From sequence record OM339718.1: 64,000 nt of DNA; one strand, 5' to 3'. Of the stretch, positions 20,290 through 29,712 are shown one piece after another. The notes under the pieces were generated by a model. The model did no database searches, was not told the origin of the DNA, and worked only from the letters and a program-made list of their open reading frames with translations. The translations under genes were made by a program, and so were the position numbers. How positions within the stretch are numbered: position 1 is the stretch's first letter; each line of letters begins with the position of its first letter.

Positions 20290-20631
20290 GTTTTTAACGA
20301 ACAGGGGGTCATAACCAGTTGGTTTCATGAGGAATTTTTCATAATCTCGCAGAGTTTCATAGACCGACTGAGAAATGAAACCAACGCTACATTTTCCTTT
20401 TTGATATATGGCTCCACTAACCCGAACATAACGTGATGCGGAGAACATGTGGGCGAGTTCTGGGTCTACATCATAAAGGAGAGCCAAGATGCAGTTTTGG
20501 CGGTTCTTTCCCCGTGTGTGTTCTAGAACAAGACAATTAAGTTCTTTTCGAACTTGGTTAGTCAGTTCACGGATCTCCATCACTTGACCAAATTCACCAT
20601 TTTTCAAAACATCGTTATTGTGGTGATTCAT
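20275..20631 (-). CDS. Hypothetical protein (~118 aa)
   Basis: Start re-placed at MNHHNND after an AAGGAG RBS. Confidence 0.7.
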   Translation of the reverse strand: MNHHNNDVLKNGEFGQVMEIRELTNQVRKELNCLVLEHTRGKNRQNCILALLYDVDPELAHMFSASRYVRVSGAIYQKGKCSVGFISQSVYETLRDYEKFLMKPTGYDPLFVKNKKPA

Positions 20632-20642
20632 TTTATCTCTCC

Positions 20643-20870
20643 TTAGCGAACCATGGTTTTCATTTTCTTGACAACTACGGTTGTCTGGGTGGAAGGGCCA
20701 CGACGACCGGTACGGGTCAGGGTCATGGTCTCTTTTTTCTGAGAAGGGGTAACCTCTACAGAACGAGCCCAACGATTTGCAGAATCTTTACCGTTGTCGG
20801 TCATTTTACCGAAGGAAGCGACACGAGCGGCAGAACGAGTAGCGAAGAAAACTTGAGCGGTCATAGTCAT
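20643..20870 (-). CDS. Small basic hypothetical early protein
   Basis: AAAGGA RBS; sigma70-like promoter just upstream. Confidence 0.75.
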   Translation of the reverse strand: MTMTAQVFFATRSAARVASFGKMTDNGKDSANRWARSVEVTPSQKKETMTLTRTGRRGPSTQTTVVVKKMKTMVR

Positions 20871-20918
20871 GGTTCATTTCCTTTTTCAGAAGAGGGACAA
20901 CCCGTCCCGACATGAGTA

Positions 20919-20946
20919 ATATTACCAGAACTGGATTTTGGTGCAA
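20919..20946 (-). promoter_or_regulatory. Early sigma70-like promoter
   Basis: TTGCAC-N16-TAATAT with TG extension. Confidence 0.55.
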
Positions 20947-21006
20947 GCGATTTTTGAAAAATAAATGCAAAAAATCCCAAGTGATTGATTCACTTGGGAT
21001 TTTACT

Positions 21007-21423
21007 TTACTTTACACCAACCATAAGGGATTGGTGGTCAACAATCGCTCTAATACTAAATCCACGTTGTCGGATAGATTCGATTGCACCATCACAAAAC
21101 TTAATCATCAGATCCAGATAATCCAGTTTTTTTGATGACAAAAGAACTTTATCGTCCGCTGGGATGATGGTTTTTAATTCAGTTGCACTGAAATCGAACT
21201 CGCATATATCATCACCACGCCCAGTATTGTGCATTAGACTATCTTTCAGGATAACAACATGCGAAGAATGAATACCAATACGCTGACGACTTAGGTCTGC
21301 TTTGTACCGGATCCATTTCCCATAGATTACTGGATTGTCCATAGCGGAATTTTGAATATTACCACGGTCGATAATAAGGTCTTTTTCCAATTCTGCTTGT
21401 AAGCTTTCCAATGAGTGATCCAT
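21007..21423 (-). CDS. uvsY: UvsY recombination mediator
   Basis: LQAELEKDLIID...NPVIYGKW...FCDGAIESIRQRGFSIR. Confidence 0.93.
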   Translation of the reverse strand: MDHSLESLQAELEKDLIIDRGNIQNSAMDNPVIYGKWIRYKADLSRQRIGIHSSHVVILKDSLMHNTGRGDDICEFDFSATELKTIIPADDKVLLSSKKLDYLDLMIKFCDGAIESIRQRGFSIRAIVDHQSLMVGVK

Positions 21424-21602
21424 TACAGCAGTTGCACCTCTTCAATTTTAGAACTCAAATCCGATTCGTTTAGTTTAGAGTTTTCAAATTGATCTTTGTA
21501 GTATGCATAACACCCTTGATAATGGAGAGTACCATGGGGAGTATCTACAGTGGTTTGATGCGATTCAATTTTTTGTTTACAAATGATACATTTCATTTTC
21601 AT
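21423..21602 (-). CDS. uvsY.-2: UvsY.-2 homologue (59 aa; not in the ORF track)
   Basis: Hand translation MKMKCIICKQKIESHQTTVDTPHGTLHYQGCYAYY...EEVQLL; CxxC..H..C pattern and position next to uvsY. Confidence 0.8.
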   Translation of the reverse strand: MKMKCIICKQKIESHQTTVDTPHGTLHYQGCYAYYKDQFENSKLNESDLSSKIEEVQLL

Positions 21603-21637
21603 ATTCCTTTCAAGTAAGGGGGAATTCCCCCTTTCCT

Positions 21638-22942
21638 TTATTTAGAGCCATCGAAGTACAAACAGAAATCTGTTGGGCGGGTCACGCCAACATAAACAAG
21701 CTGTTGCTGTAGGTCGGTATCAGCATAACTGATATCATGCAACCCAAGCCAGACACCCTTTACAGTAGATCCTTGGCTCTTATGAATGGTACATGCACCA
21801 AGAGATTTCGTTTCTGTAAATGTCTTTTTAGCATCCCAGAACGAAGCCCACGCCGCCTTAGTTTGTCCACGTTGCATTTGTTTGATAACTGCCGCTGCCT
21901 CACTGAGTTGGTAATTAAACTCGGCTTTTGAGTCTTCGCCATATACAGACATAATGTCATGGGTCACACCAGAAAAATCTGATGTTACCTTAAGCTTGGC
22001 AACTGAAATAGAAAATGCAGGGGAACCATCAATACGAATGTTCATATCAGACACTTCGATTTCATCAACAGTTACTACCTCACCATTAGTGAAGATTGTT
22101 TCTATCGTATCATCGTCGTATTCAACCATGACCGGTTCTTGTAAAACAAGCTTCTCACCTTCGATGAATGGTAGGTCTGTTTTGTATACGTGTTTACGGA
22201 CAATCGAGTTGACTTTATCAACTACCTTGTTTGTAAATGCCAAGAACCTGTATTTGGTTAGGTCGTCCGGAGTTTTCACAACTCTGAGATATGAGTTGAT
22301 CAAGTCTGTGATACTTTTTACTTTGTACACACCAGACTTTTTCTCTTTGTTCCAGTTCTGATAGATCCAGCCACCTTCCCTGATAGTTGTTGCTACTTGA
22401 ATAATCGGGTTATCCAGAGATTGACGCATAATATCAGTCATTCTGATTTGAGTAAACCTACTATCTGTGAAATACGGACTCAATTCACCCGGTGCATGAT
22501 CTACTGGTTGAATCTGGTCTTTATCACCTATGGCAATAATACGACAAGTAGGAGGAATAGATTTCATCGTAATATTAAACAAGGTTTTTGAATGCATAGA
22601 CGCTTCTTCGATAATGAGATATCGAACCGTGCTAAGGTCTGGCATTTTACTTTGGTCGAAGATCTGAATATCTTCAAGTGTTTCTGGGTGGATTTTCATT
22701 AGGCTATGGATTGTGCAAGCCTCAATACCTGACATCTCAGTTAGAACGATTTTAGCTTGGTGTGTGGGGGCAGCAAGAACCGTACCCAATTCGTCACCAA
22801 GCATTTTGATAATATATTTTACCAAGAATGTTTTACCACTACCGGGAGGACCGGATATCGTAATATGACCAGTCCCAGATCGAACCGCATCTACCGCCAT
22901 TTGTTGACTATTTGTTAGTGTTATTTCGCTCTCGTTCCTCAT
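21638..22942 (-). CDS. dda: Dda SF1B DNA helicase
   Basis: GPPGSGKT, LAAPTHQAKIVL, TIHSLMKIHP, IGDKDQIQPV, TIHKSQGSTV, YVGVTRP. Confidence 0.97.
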   Translation of the reverse strand: MRNESEITLTNSQQMAVDAVRSGTGHITISGPPGSGKTFLVKYIIKMLGDELGTVLAAPTHQAKIVLTEMSGIEACTIHSLMKIHPETLEDIQIFDQSKMPDLSTVRYLIIEEASMHSKTLFNITMKSIPPTCRIIAIGDKDQIQPVDHAPGELSPYFTDSRFTQIRMTDIMRQSLDNPIIQVATTIREGGWIYQNWNKEKKSGVYKVKSITDLINSYLRVVKTPDDLTKYRFLAFTNKVVDKVNSIVRKHVYKTDLPFIEGEKLVLQEPVMVEYDDDTIETIFTNGEVVTVDEIEVSDMNIRIDGSPAFSISVAKLKVTSDFSGVTHDIMSVYGEDSKAEFNYQLSEAAAVIKQMQRGQTKAAWASFWDAKKTFTETKSLGACTIHKSQGSTVKGVWLGLHDISYADTDLQQQLVYVGVTRPTDFCLYFDGSK

Positions 22943-23528
22943 TATTTTCCTTCTCTCTAACTTGTGCTATCAATTTTTTATGTAATTGTGTAGCTGCTTC
23001 TTTGACATTATCTGGCAACCCCTTCATATCGTAACAAAGTTCGCGACCCCAATCCCATCCCAAAGTATATGCGATAGACTGTTGAATATCTTTGTTTCCG
23101 TAAGGTCGTTTTGCCTCACTAAGGAATACAGACAGTTTACCATCATAATGCGAGTCTTTGTATTCTTCTTCATGGAAGAAATAAGACCCAATCATATTAA
23201 GGCGGTCAAGCTCACAATATTCCGGTTGACGACGGCGCATTACCTCATCCCAGTATTCTTCTCTGGTCATCCCATACTTATTACGATATTCACAATCATA
23301 AATTTCGATAAGGGACGATTTAATATCACCATAAGAGAAAAAAGGTGAACCGAACTGGGTGGTATGCCAATCTCCAAAAACGTCTTGGATATTATAGATC
23401 CTACCAAAGTCCTCGTCATAATCTACTTCAAATTCTCGAAACCAGAACAAAATCCCTTTGAGATAAGGATGTTTACTGATGAAATTGTTAAATGATTCTT
23501 CGTCTTTGAATTTAAATTTACGAGTCAT
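22908..23528 (-). CDS. Hypothetical protein (206 aa)
   Basis: Long ORF in a minus-strand operon, overlapping the dda start. Confidence 0.75.
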   Translation of the reverse strand: MTRKFKFKDEESFNNFISKHPYLKGILFWFREFEVDYDEDFGRIYNIQDVFGDWHTTQFGSPFFSYGDIKSSLIEIYDCEYRNKYGMTREEYWDEVMRRRQPEYCELDRLNMIGSYFFHEEEYKDSHYDGKLSVFLSEAKRPYGNKDIQQSIAYTLGWDWGRELCYDMKGLPDNVKEAATQLHKKLIAQVREKENNEERERNNTNK

Positions 23529-23537
23529 AAAAATCCC

Positions 23538-23714
23538 TTACCGATGTACGTTGAAATGAAGGACATTACCATATGCATCAACAAACGTGTTTTTGTTAAA
23601 CGCAGTCGGTAAAACTCCGACGATTGGGATCCCCATCGATTCAAAATCGATGTTACCATTTTCGTCAAGCTCTACATCAACAACTTTACCCATGTATGAG
23701 ATATAACCTTTCAT
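23538..23714 (-). CDS. Hypothetical protein (58 aa; not in the ORF track)
   Basis: MKGYISYMGKVVDVELDENGNIDF...; GAGGA RBS; fills the gap in the operon. Confidence 0.65.
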   Translation of the reverse strand: MKGYISYMGKVVDVELDENGNIDFESMGIPIVGVLPTAFNKNTFVDAYGNVLHFNVHR

Positions 23715-23768
23715 AATGTATTCCTCTTTTGATTGTATGGGGGATTTTACTCCCCCTGCACATTTTTG

Positions 23769-25325
23769 TCAACTGACAACAAAAACATCTTCATAACGGT
23801 TTGCAGTGTTCTTATCCCATCTCAGTTTCTTGATGATAGGCAAGAAGAAACTATACTCTGGATCACCAGCTTTCCGGGTTTTTGATGTGGTTGGTGCGTT
23901 AACTTCACACTCAACAATCATATCATCAAGTTCCCCGTTGCGGTACATCTGCATCAATTTTTCTCGGTCTAGTTCACCACGTTCTTCCAACGGGATATAG
24001 ATTTCGATAAATTGCCCACCCTTATCTTCAAACCGTTCTAGTTCTGGATGGTTAAAAATGTCAACAGAACTATATGATTTTTTATGGGTTGTATCGGTAA
24101 GACCACTACCACCGTTTGTCTTGATAGTACCACATTCAGAAACCATGACAAACCCACCAACCTTGTTAGGGTCTTTGTCATGAGGATAAACCTCAACGAT
24201 CCGAAGATCAAACGGGTATTTTTCCTTGAACTTAACAAACAGTTTACTACGCTTGTTTTCCCACAAAGAATCACCGTGTTTAAGAATGATACCTTCGTAT
24301 CCATCCTGTACATAACCCTGATACACGCGACGTACGTCAGCAAGGGTTTTAACAGGGGTAGACTCAATGATCTGGATACAATCATCATCATCCAACTTAG
24401 ACAAAAAGTCAATCAAAATTTTACGTCGTTTCTGTTGGGTCAATTCTGGGGGACAAGGAACCAAACCATAATACACATCACGGGGTACAATATCCCATAC
24501 CTGATAAACAACACGTTCTGAGTCTTCCGGGGTGATACTGTTTTTAAGGGATGTATTCATGATCCCATTACCAGATTCACGGTCAAACACAGTTTTATCG
24601 TACTTTTTACTTTTCGACAGTTCAACTTCTTCAACATCACCCATAAGGGCTGCCATAACATCGATTTCTGGCTCATCAGATGCGCGTACAACGAATTCCC
24701 CGTCCAACACCCACCCAATACACTGCATCTTATCAATCGCTCTCAAAATGCGATTAAGACCCAAATATTCGTTTGAACTACGGGTAAAGAAATGTACACC
24801 ATCATCAGTTGACAATCCAGTCACATCACCAAATCCACGAGCCCCGTCAGCCTTAAGTTCTGCATATGCATTACCAAGTTTGAGAATTTTATCAATCAGT
24901 TTTTGATCTTCTGGACTACTCAGCATCTGAGGTTGTTCTTTAACCAGACCTTTCCATACCTTGTTGATAGTGGATACGTTAATACCGACATCTAGATCAC
25001 CAAACATGATCCTTTTAACCACTTCCGAATCAGATTCAGACAATTGACTGAGAATTTCAGAAAGTCTACTGATAGCATCTCCACCAGTAAAGACCCGAGT
25101 TGCGAATTTTTCCATCATGAAAGTTAGAGCTTTTTCAAGACTGCATTCCCCGGTATGGGATGACACAACCGGGAATGTCTTTTTGCTGATACCAAAGGTA
25201 ATCTGCTTACTGTATGTCATCAGACATACTCGGGAGAGAAGTTCGTTATCTACATGTGATTTCAAAACTTCCAGTTTTGCGCTACCACGGGCGGTATTAA
25301 TTTCGTTCAGAATATCAAGAATCAT
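23769..25325 (-). CDS. 30: ATP-dependent DNA ligase gp30
   Basis: MILDILNEI, motif I ELKADGARG, LDGEFV, YEGIILK, WENKRSK...KFKE, FLPII. Confidence 0.97.
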   Translation of the reverse strand: MILDILNEINTARGSAKLEVLKSHVDNELLSRVCLMTYSKQITFGISKKTFPVVSSHTGECSLEKALTFMMEKFATRVFTGGDAISRLSEILSQLSESDSEVVKRIMFGDLDVGINVSTINKVWKGLVKEQPQMLSSPEDQKLIDKILKLGNAYAELKADGARGFGDVTGLSTDDGVHFFTRSSNEYLGLNRILRAIDKMQCIGWVLDGEFVVRASDEPEIDVMAALMGDVEEVELSKSKKYDKTVFDRESGNGIMNTSLKNSITPEDSERVVYQVWDIVPRDVYYGLVPCPPELTQQKRRKILIDFLSKLDDDDCIQIIESTPVKTLADVRRVYQGYVQDGYEGIILKHGDSLWENKRSKLFVKFKEKYPFDLRIVEVYPHDKDPNKVGGFVMVSECGTIKTNGGSGLTDTTHKKSYSSVDIFNHPELERFEDKGGQFIEIYIPLEERGELDREKLMQMYRNGELDDMIVECEVNAPTTSKTRKAGDPEYSFFLPIIKKLRWDKNTANRYEDVFVVS

Positions 25326-25328
25326 ATA

Positions 25329-25790
25329 TCAACCTTTATGAGTACGAGTTTTAATAAGGAGATCGATTACTGGGTTTGTTGGGACCAATTCCTTGTTATT
25401 TTTATAGAATTCAATATCCAACATTTCATCCTCAGAGGGAACATATGCAATTGCAGTAACCATATTGTTCATATCTGGTTCGTTAAATGATGCAAACACA
25501 TTGTCAGCACCATACAAAATCCCCATAATCTGGTTCATGTTATCGGAATTACCACCATCCAGAGCAACCAGAGTTTCGTGGTTTTGGATCCACTCAATCA
25601 TATCAGTATTTGCGTATTGATCATGTACAAGTCGTGCGAGTGCATGTGCAAGCTGAATACCAGCATAGATACCAGAGATCCCACGATGTACAAAAACGTA
25701 CCCCCGGCGAGGTACAGAATAGGTTGGAACCGGAGATTTAATATTTAACATCGGATTATTTGTTTCATCACAAATTACTTCATATTGCAT
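25329..25790 (-). CDS. PTH2-like (peptidyl-tRNA hydrolase fold) protein
   Basis: YVFVHRGI..IQLAHA..W...TLVAL...FNEPDMNNMVTAIAYVP pattern of phage PTH2-like proteins. Confidence 0.65.
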   Translation of the reverse strand: MQYEVICDETNNPMLNIKSPVPTYSVPRRGYVFVHRGISGIYAGIQLAHALARLVHDQYANTDMIEWIQNHETLVALDGGNSDNMNQIMGILYGADNVFASFNEPDMNNMVTAIAYVPSEDEMLDIEFYKNNKELVPTNPVIDLLIKTRTHKG

Positions 25791-26392
25791 TAAATTTTAC
25801 CTACTAGTTGACTGAAATCGTTAACTACGAATTCGGATTTGTCGCTATTACGACGGTTCATTTCATAAACTGGAATATTGAGTCCACAACGGTCATTTAG
25901 CACCTTACGAGCCATATCACAGTGATGAGGTAGATCATCCACATAAGTTACTATCCGGTTTCCATAGTGTTGAAACGCCTCTTCAAACAGTTTCTCTTTA
26001 CTTTCGTTGTGATCGCAGATCAGAACTTCGCGAAACGCACCGGGAAACAATACGTTCAGGTTTGACATCCGGTTTGCAGCAACTTCAAACTTAGTTCCCA
26101 AAGCAGTAATACCAACGAAATCGAATTCATCTTTATTTTCGTTGATGAATTTTAGTGCGTCGTTATAAGGTTTGAGACCACGAATCCACTTACTTTCATT
26201 GTATTTCCTGAGAAGCTGGTCACCAAATGCAGGGGAGCAATTAAAAATCTCACTCATCGGTCTAAACTTCTCGTCCATAATCATCTCGATAATTACGTCA
26301 GTCGGTAGGTTATGCTCTGCTGCAAAGAACGGTAGATTACTTTGCCAAGAAACACATACACCATCAATGTCTGTTAAGAATACACTTTTCAT
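25790..26392 (-). CDS. 30.2: gp30.2 homologue (HAD-like)
   Basis: FLTDIDGVCVSWQSNLPFFA, LNVLFPGAF, YVDDLPHHCD. Confidence 0.92.
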   Translation of the reverse strand: MKSVFLTDIDGVCVSWQSNLPFFAAEHNLPTDVIIEMIMDEKFRPMSEIFNCSPAFGDQLLRKYNESKWIRGLKPYNDALKFINENKDEFDFVGITALGTKFEVAANRMSNLNVLFPGAFREVLICDHNESKEKLFEEAFQHYGNRIVTYVDDLPHHCDMARKVLNDRCGLNIPVYEMNRRNSDKSEFVVNDFSQLVGKI

Positions 26393-26417
26393 TTTAAACC
26401 TCATTATGTTTTGAATC

Positions 26418-26448
26418 ATTCTATCACAAAATTTCATACGTTGTAAAC
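26418..26448 (-). promoter_or_regulatory. T4-type early promoter
   Basis: GTTTACA-N18-TAGAAT with TG extension, just downstream of the gene 32 terminator (GAGACC-CGAA-GGTCTC hairpin). Confidence 0.7.
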
Positions 26449-26482
26449 TAAAAAAGAGACCCGAAGGTCTCTTTTTGAATTC

Positions 26483-27454
26483 TTACAGACCAGCCAACAG
26501 AGCGTCGAGGTCGTCATCACCATCAGAGGAACCTACACTTTCTGACACAGCTTTAGCCAGTTCGTCGGTATCATCTTTCTTTACTTCCGGTTTGGAAGTG
26601 GTGCTTGCTTCGAAGTTTTTCATATCCGCTTCGAATGAATCGAGTTCTTGGTCAGCTTTCTTTGCAGAAGCAGTAGAACCACGAACACCCATAATAGTAT
26701 CAAACTTCTTCTTGAGTTCATCATAAGGCTTGAATTGGTCAGGTGCTACAATCTTACGCAGATCTTGCATACCTTCCAAAATTGCCTTCTGAACTTCCGG
26801 CTTTTCGATACCCGGAAGCGGGCTTACTGGTTGGAACTTGGAAGTTTCCAGAGTGGCATTCTTCTCGTTTTTCTTGGTAGAACGGAGCAGGAAGTTAGCA
26901 CCTTCGTCAAGGTCAGTAACTGTAACCTTGGCTTCACCCATTTCCTCATCACCAGCGGCAGCGGCTTGAATCATTTTCAGGATGGTAACACCAAAACGGT
27001 ATTTGAATACTTTACCTTCATTATCCGGGTTAGCCGGGTCTTTGATGACCATGATGTTAGCCCAGTAGTTGGTATTGATACTGGTTCCAGTTTCACGAGC
27101 AGCTTTCTTATCAGCTTCGCTAGACCAGTCCCAACCTTGAGCATTGCGCCATTGACACACAGGGCAGCCATCGTAATTCTTGTGAGTACCACCGGTACAG
27201 TTTTCTACGTAGTACTTACCACCGCGCTCTACAAAGTGGTTAGAGATGGTCACGATGGTGGGCCAATCTTCCATACCTTCCAGATCACTAGGTTGCAGGA
27301 AACGAATGATAGCGGAGCCTTCTTTGGTCTTCTTATCAACAGTCAGTTTCCATTCAGTCAGGTCTTGTTGGAAACCACCTTTGTTAGATACAGCTTCCAG
27401 TTGAGCTTGCAGGGCGGACGGGTCTTTTTTACGACGAACAAATGCAGTAGACAT
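26483..27454 (-). CDS. 32: Single-stranded DNA-binding protein gp32
   Basis: EGSAIIRFL, Zn ligands H/ENC/CPVC, YWANIMVIKDPANPDNEGKVFKYRFG, acidic tail DDDLDALLAGL. Confidence 0.98.
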   Translation of the reverse strand: MSTAFVRRKKDPSALQAQLEAVSNKGGFQQDLTEWKLTVDKKTKEGSAIIRFLQPSDLEGMEDWPTIVTISNHFVERGGKYYVENCTGGTHKNYDGCPVCQWRNAQGWDWSSEADKKAARETGTSINTNYWANIMVIKDPANPDNEGKVFKYRFGVTILKMIQAAAAGDEEMGEAKVTVTDLDEGANFLLRSTKKNEKNATLETSKFQPVSPLPGIEKPEVQKAILEGMQDLRKIVAPDQFKPYDELKKKFDTIMGVRGSTASAKKADQELDSFEADMKNFEASTTSKPEVKKDDTDELAKAVSESVGSSDGDDDLDALLAGL

Positions 27455-27478
27455 ATTTTATTTTTCCTTTGGATTATT

Positions 27479-28144
27479 TTAGATATTGTTTAGTTCTTTG
27501 TAATCTTCGATTATTTTTTTGAAATGCTTTCTTACTTTTTCTTTATCTATTTTAACTAAGCTACGATAAGCTTTGATACGGCTAGAATAACCGTTCTGCC
27601 AAACATGGTCGTTTAATTTATCATATGAATCAATGAAATTGAATAATGAATCCAAAAGCAACATCGTTTCATAGCTAATAACGTCTTGTTGTACGTATTT
27701 AAATAACCAAGGTTGACCATCAGTCGGTAGTATCATATCACGGAACGATACACCTTTTGATTTTGATTTCCTGAGTAAGTCTTGAATTTCTTTCTTAAAG
27801 ACTATGCTCATTCTCTCATATTTACCGGTAGTTTTTAAGTAATGATCGTGGGCGTCTTCACCACCGAATTCACCACCCCACATATCCGGATTAGAACACA
27901 GGTTTGTGATCATTATACCACATAGAGTGCCCAGATTATATTTCTTCGCTAACCGTTCGTAAATGTGCTTTCGCGCCATTTTATTATAGGTTGCTTCCGA
28001 TGTATTTAGGAGTTTCCAATCACCACCTTTAACCACCTGATATTTAGGGTTAGAAAATTGGGTCTTTAAAGACCTATAAAGGCGATAACAGCTTCTCCCA
28101 TCAATCGTAATCATTGGTTTTGGAGGGAGAATTAGTTTAATCAT
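27479..28144 (-). CDS. 59: Helicase loader gp59
   Basis: MIKLILPPKPMITIDGRSCYRLY, ISYETMLLLDS; synteny 33-59-32. Confidence 0.93.
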   Translation of the reverse strand: MIKLILPPKPMITIDGRSCYRLYRSLKTQFSNPKYQVVKGGDWKLLNTSEATYNKMARKHIYERLAKKYNLGTLCGIMITNLCSNPDMWGGEFGGEDAHDHYLKTTGKYERMSIVFKKEIQDLLRKSKSKGVSFRDMILPTDGQPWLFKYVQQDVISYETMLLLDSLFNFIDSYDKLNDHVWQNGYSSRIKAYRSLVKIDKEKVRKHFKKIIEDYKELNNI

Positions 28145-28380
28145 TGGTTAAATAGAAAGTCCAAGTTATTTTCTTGTTCAACTCGAAGTACACGGTTGCT
28201 GATAGCTTCCATTCGAATTTTCTCTTTTAAAACTGGGTGGATATGAGAATGAATCTGATCCTCTTCCACCGATTGTTCGTCAGCCACTTCAAAACAGGCT
28301 GTTAGTAGGCTCAAACCTTGAGCCTCTGCTAGTTCTTCAACTCTCTTAGAGAATTCAATCTTATCGTTTTCTGTAGCCAT
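28141..28380 (-). CDS. 33: Late transcription co-activator gp33
   Basis: IHPVLKEKIRMEAISNRVLR; synteny. Confidence 0.88.
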   Translation of the reverse strand: MATENDKIEFSKRVEELAEAQGLSLLTACFEVADEQSVEEDQIHSHIHPVLKEKIRMEAISNRVLRVEQENNLDFLFNQ

Positions 28381-28703
28381 TATTCATCTTCTCCAACTTC
28401 ATCATCGAAGTCGTGAGTTTGTTGTTTCATACCATTAACGAACAGAGTATCAAAGAGGTCGATTGCTTCTTCGTTTTCTTGTTCTACTTCGTCGCGGTTC
28501 TGATCAAGATACATTTTCAGAACCTTATTGAAACGCTTACCGTCCACACCCATAGCCTTTGCTGCATCTTTAGCGGCTTTGATACCTTCCTTCTCGATAG
28601 AGATCTTGGTGTGATGTTCATAGCAAGTTTTTACTAGTTGAATAAGTTCTTGCTTAGAAGAATGGATATTAAAAATAGGTTTTTCTTTTGCTTCACGAGC
28701 CAT
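28380..28703 (-). CDS. dsbA: dsDNA-binding protein DsbA
   Basis: GVDGKRFNKVLKMYLDQNRDEVEQENEEAIDLFDTLF; between rnh and 33. Confidence 0.9.
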   Translation of the reverse strand: MAREAKEKPIFNIHSSKQELIQLVKTCYEHHTKISIEKEGIKAAKDAAKAMGVDGKRFNKVLKMYLDQNRDEVEQENEEAIDLFDTLFVNGMKQQTHDFDDEVGEDE

Positions 28704-28718
28704 ATTATATTTCCTCAA

Positions 28719-29654
28719 TTAAAATTCAGATTCTTTTCCGATCATTTCTGACATACCAGAAGAGATAAAGTAATTTGTGATTTTACCACGAGCTGGAACT
28801 TTGAAAGAATGATATTCTGATAGTATTTTAGCAGAAATATCATCTGGTATGAAGTTAAAATCAATTAATTTTTCATTTTCTTCAAATCTTGCCAATACAT
28901 CACCTTCAAAAAGTGATTTTGGTTCCTTGGCAGTAAATACACTTGCCAACAATTCTTTTCGAATTGACTTCTGTCTCACTCGGTCTTCTTTTTCCAGAAG
29001 ACTATTCTTATAAATAAGATCTGACGGAGAGTAGATATTTGCGATAGAGTCCTTGGTATCACCCTTTACAATTTTATAAAGGAGATCCCGTTGAGCGCTG
29101 CCATGTTCAGGTTTAACCCATTTCTTATGCATTGGATTCCATTGACGAACACCTTTCCATTTTTGAAGTTGGGTAAAGTCTCCATCTGCTGACGTTATGT
29201 GTATCTTAACATCAGGGTCTTTTTCTTTGAAGTATTTTATCAAAACACCAAAAATATCATCCGCTTCTGCGCCCGGAACATAAATAGTCTTATATGGAAG
29301 GTGTTGTGCAATTTCTTTCCGAACTTCGGTCATTGCTTCACCAATAGCTTTCCAATCGTAACCGCTTTCTTCTTTTTTGGCGATCCGACTCTTTTTATAA
29401 TACGGAGCTACATCCCGTCGCCAATATCCATCAACGGAATCTATTGCAATAATGATATTTGGATAATCATTTTTGTTTTTCAATACATGAGAACGCAATG
29501 CATCGATGATGATATTACGAATGATTTTTGGAGTGATGATATCTTCCGGTTTGAAGTAATACATCAAATTTGAAATTACTATTTGGCTATAATCTATTAG
29601 TTGAATATTGGGTTCGCCAGTTAGCCCAAGATCTGGATTGTCAAATAATGACAT
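28719..29654 (-). CDS. rnh: T4-type RNase H / 5'-3' exonuclease
   Basis: LIDYSQI, YWRRDVAPYYKKSR, AEADDIFGVL, SADGDFTQLQK, KGDTKDSI. Confidence 0.96.
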   Translation of the reverse strand: MSLFDNPDLGLTGEPNIQLIDYSQIVISNLMYYFKPEDIITPKIIRNIIIDALRSHVLKNKNDYPNIIIAIDSVDGYWRRDVAPYYKKSRIAKKEESGYDWKAIGEAMTEVRKEIAQHLPYKTIYVPGAEADDIFGVLIKYFKEKDPDVKIHITSADGDFTQLQKWKGVRQWNPMHKKWVKPEHGSAQRDLLYKIVKGDTKDSIANIYSPSDLIYKNSLLEKEDRVRQKSIRKELLASVFTAKEPKSLFEGDVLARFEENEKLIDFNFIPDDISAKILSEYHSFKVPARGKITNYFISSGMSEMIGKESEF

Positions 29655-29666
29655 CTGTTAATCTCC

Positions 29667-29673
29667 CTAAATA
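29667..29673 (+). promoter_or_regulatory. Late promoter CTAAATA (gene 34)
   Basis: Motif in the rnh/34 divergent gap. Confidence 0.75.
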
Positions 29674-29712
29674 ATATATGATAACTAATTCTAACACAAG
29701 AGGATCTTGTAA

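Noticed and set aside
22908-23528. 'KYGMTREEY' motif suggesting an EndoVII-like nuclease
   Set aside because: No CxxC or HNH catalytic motifs follow; left as hypothetical.
26648-27493. 281-aa antisense ORF over gene 32
   Set aside because: Shadow of gp32.
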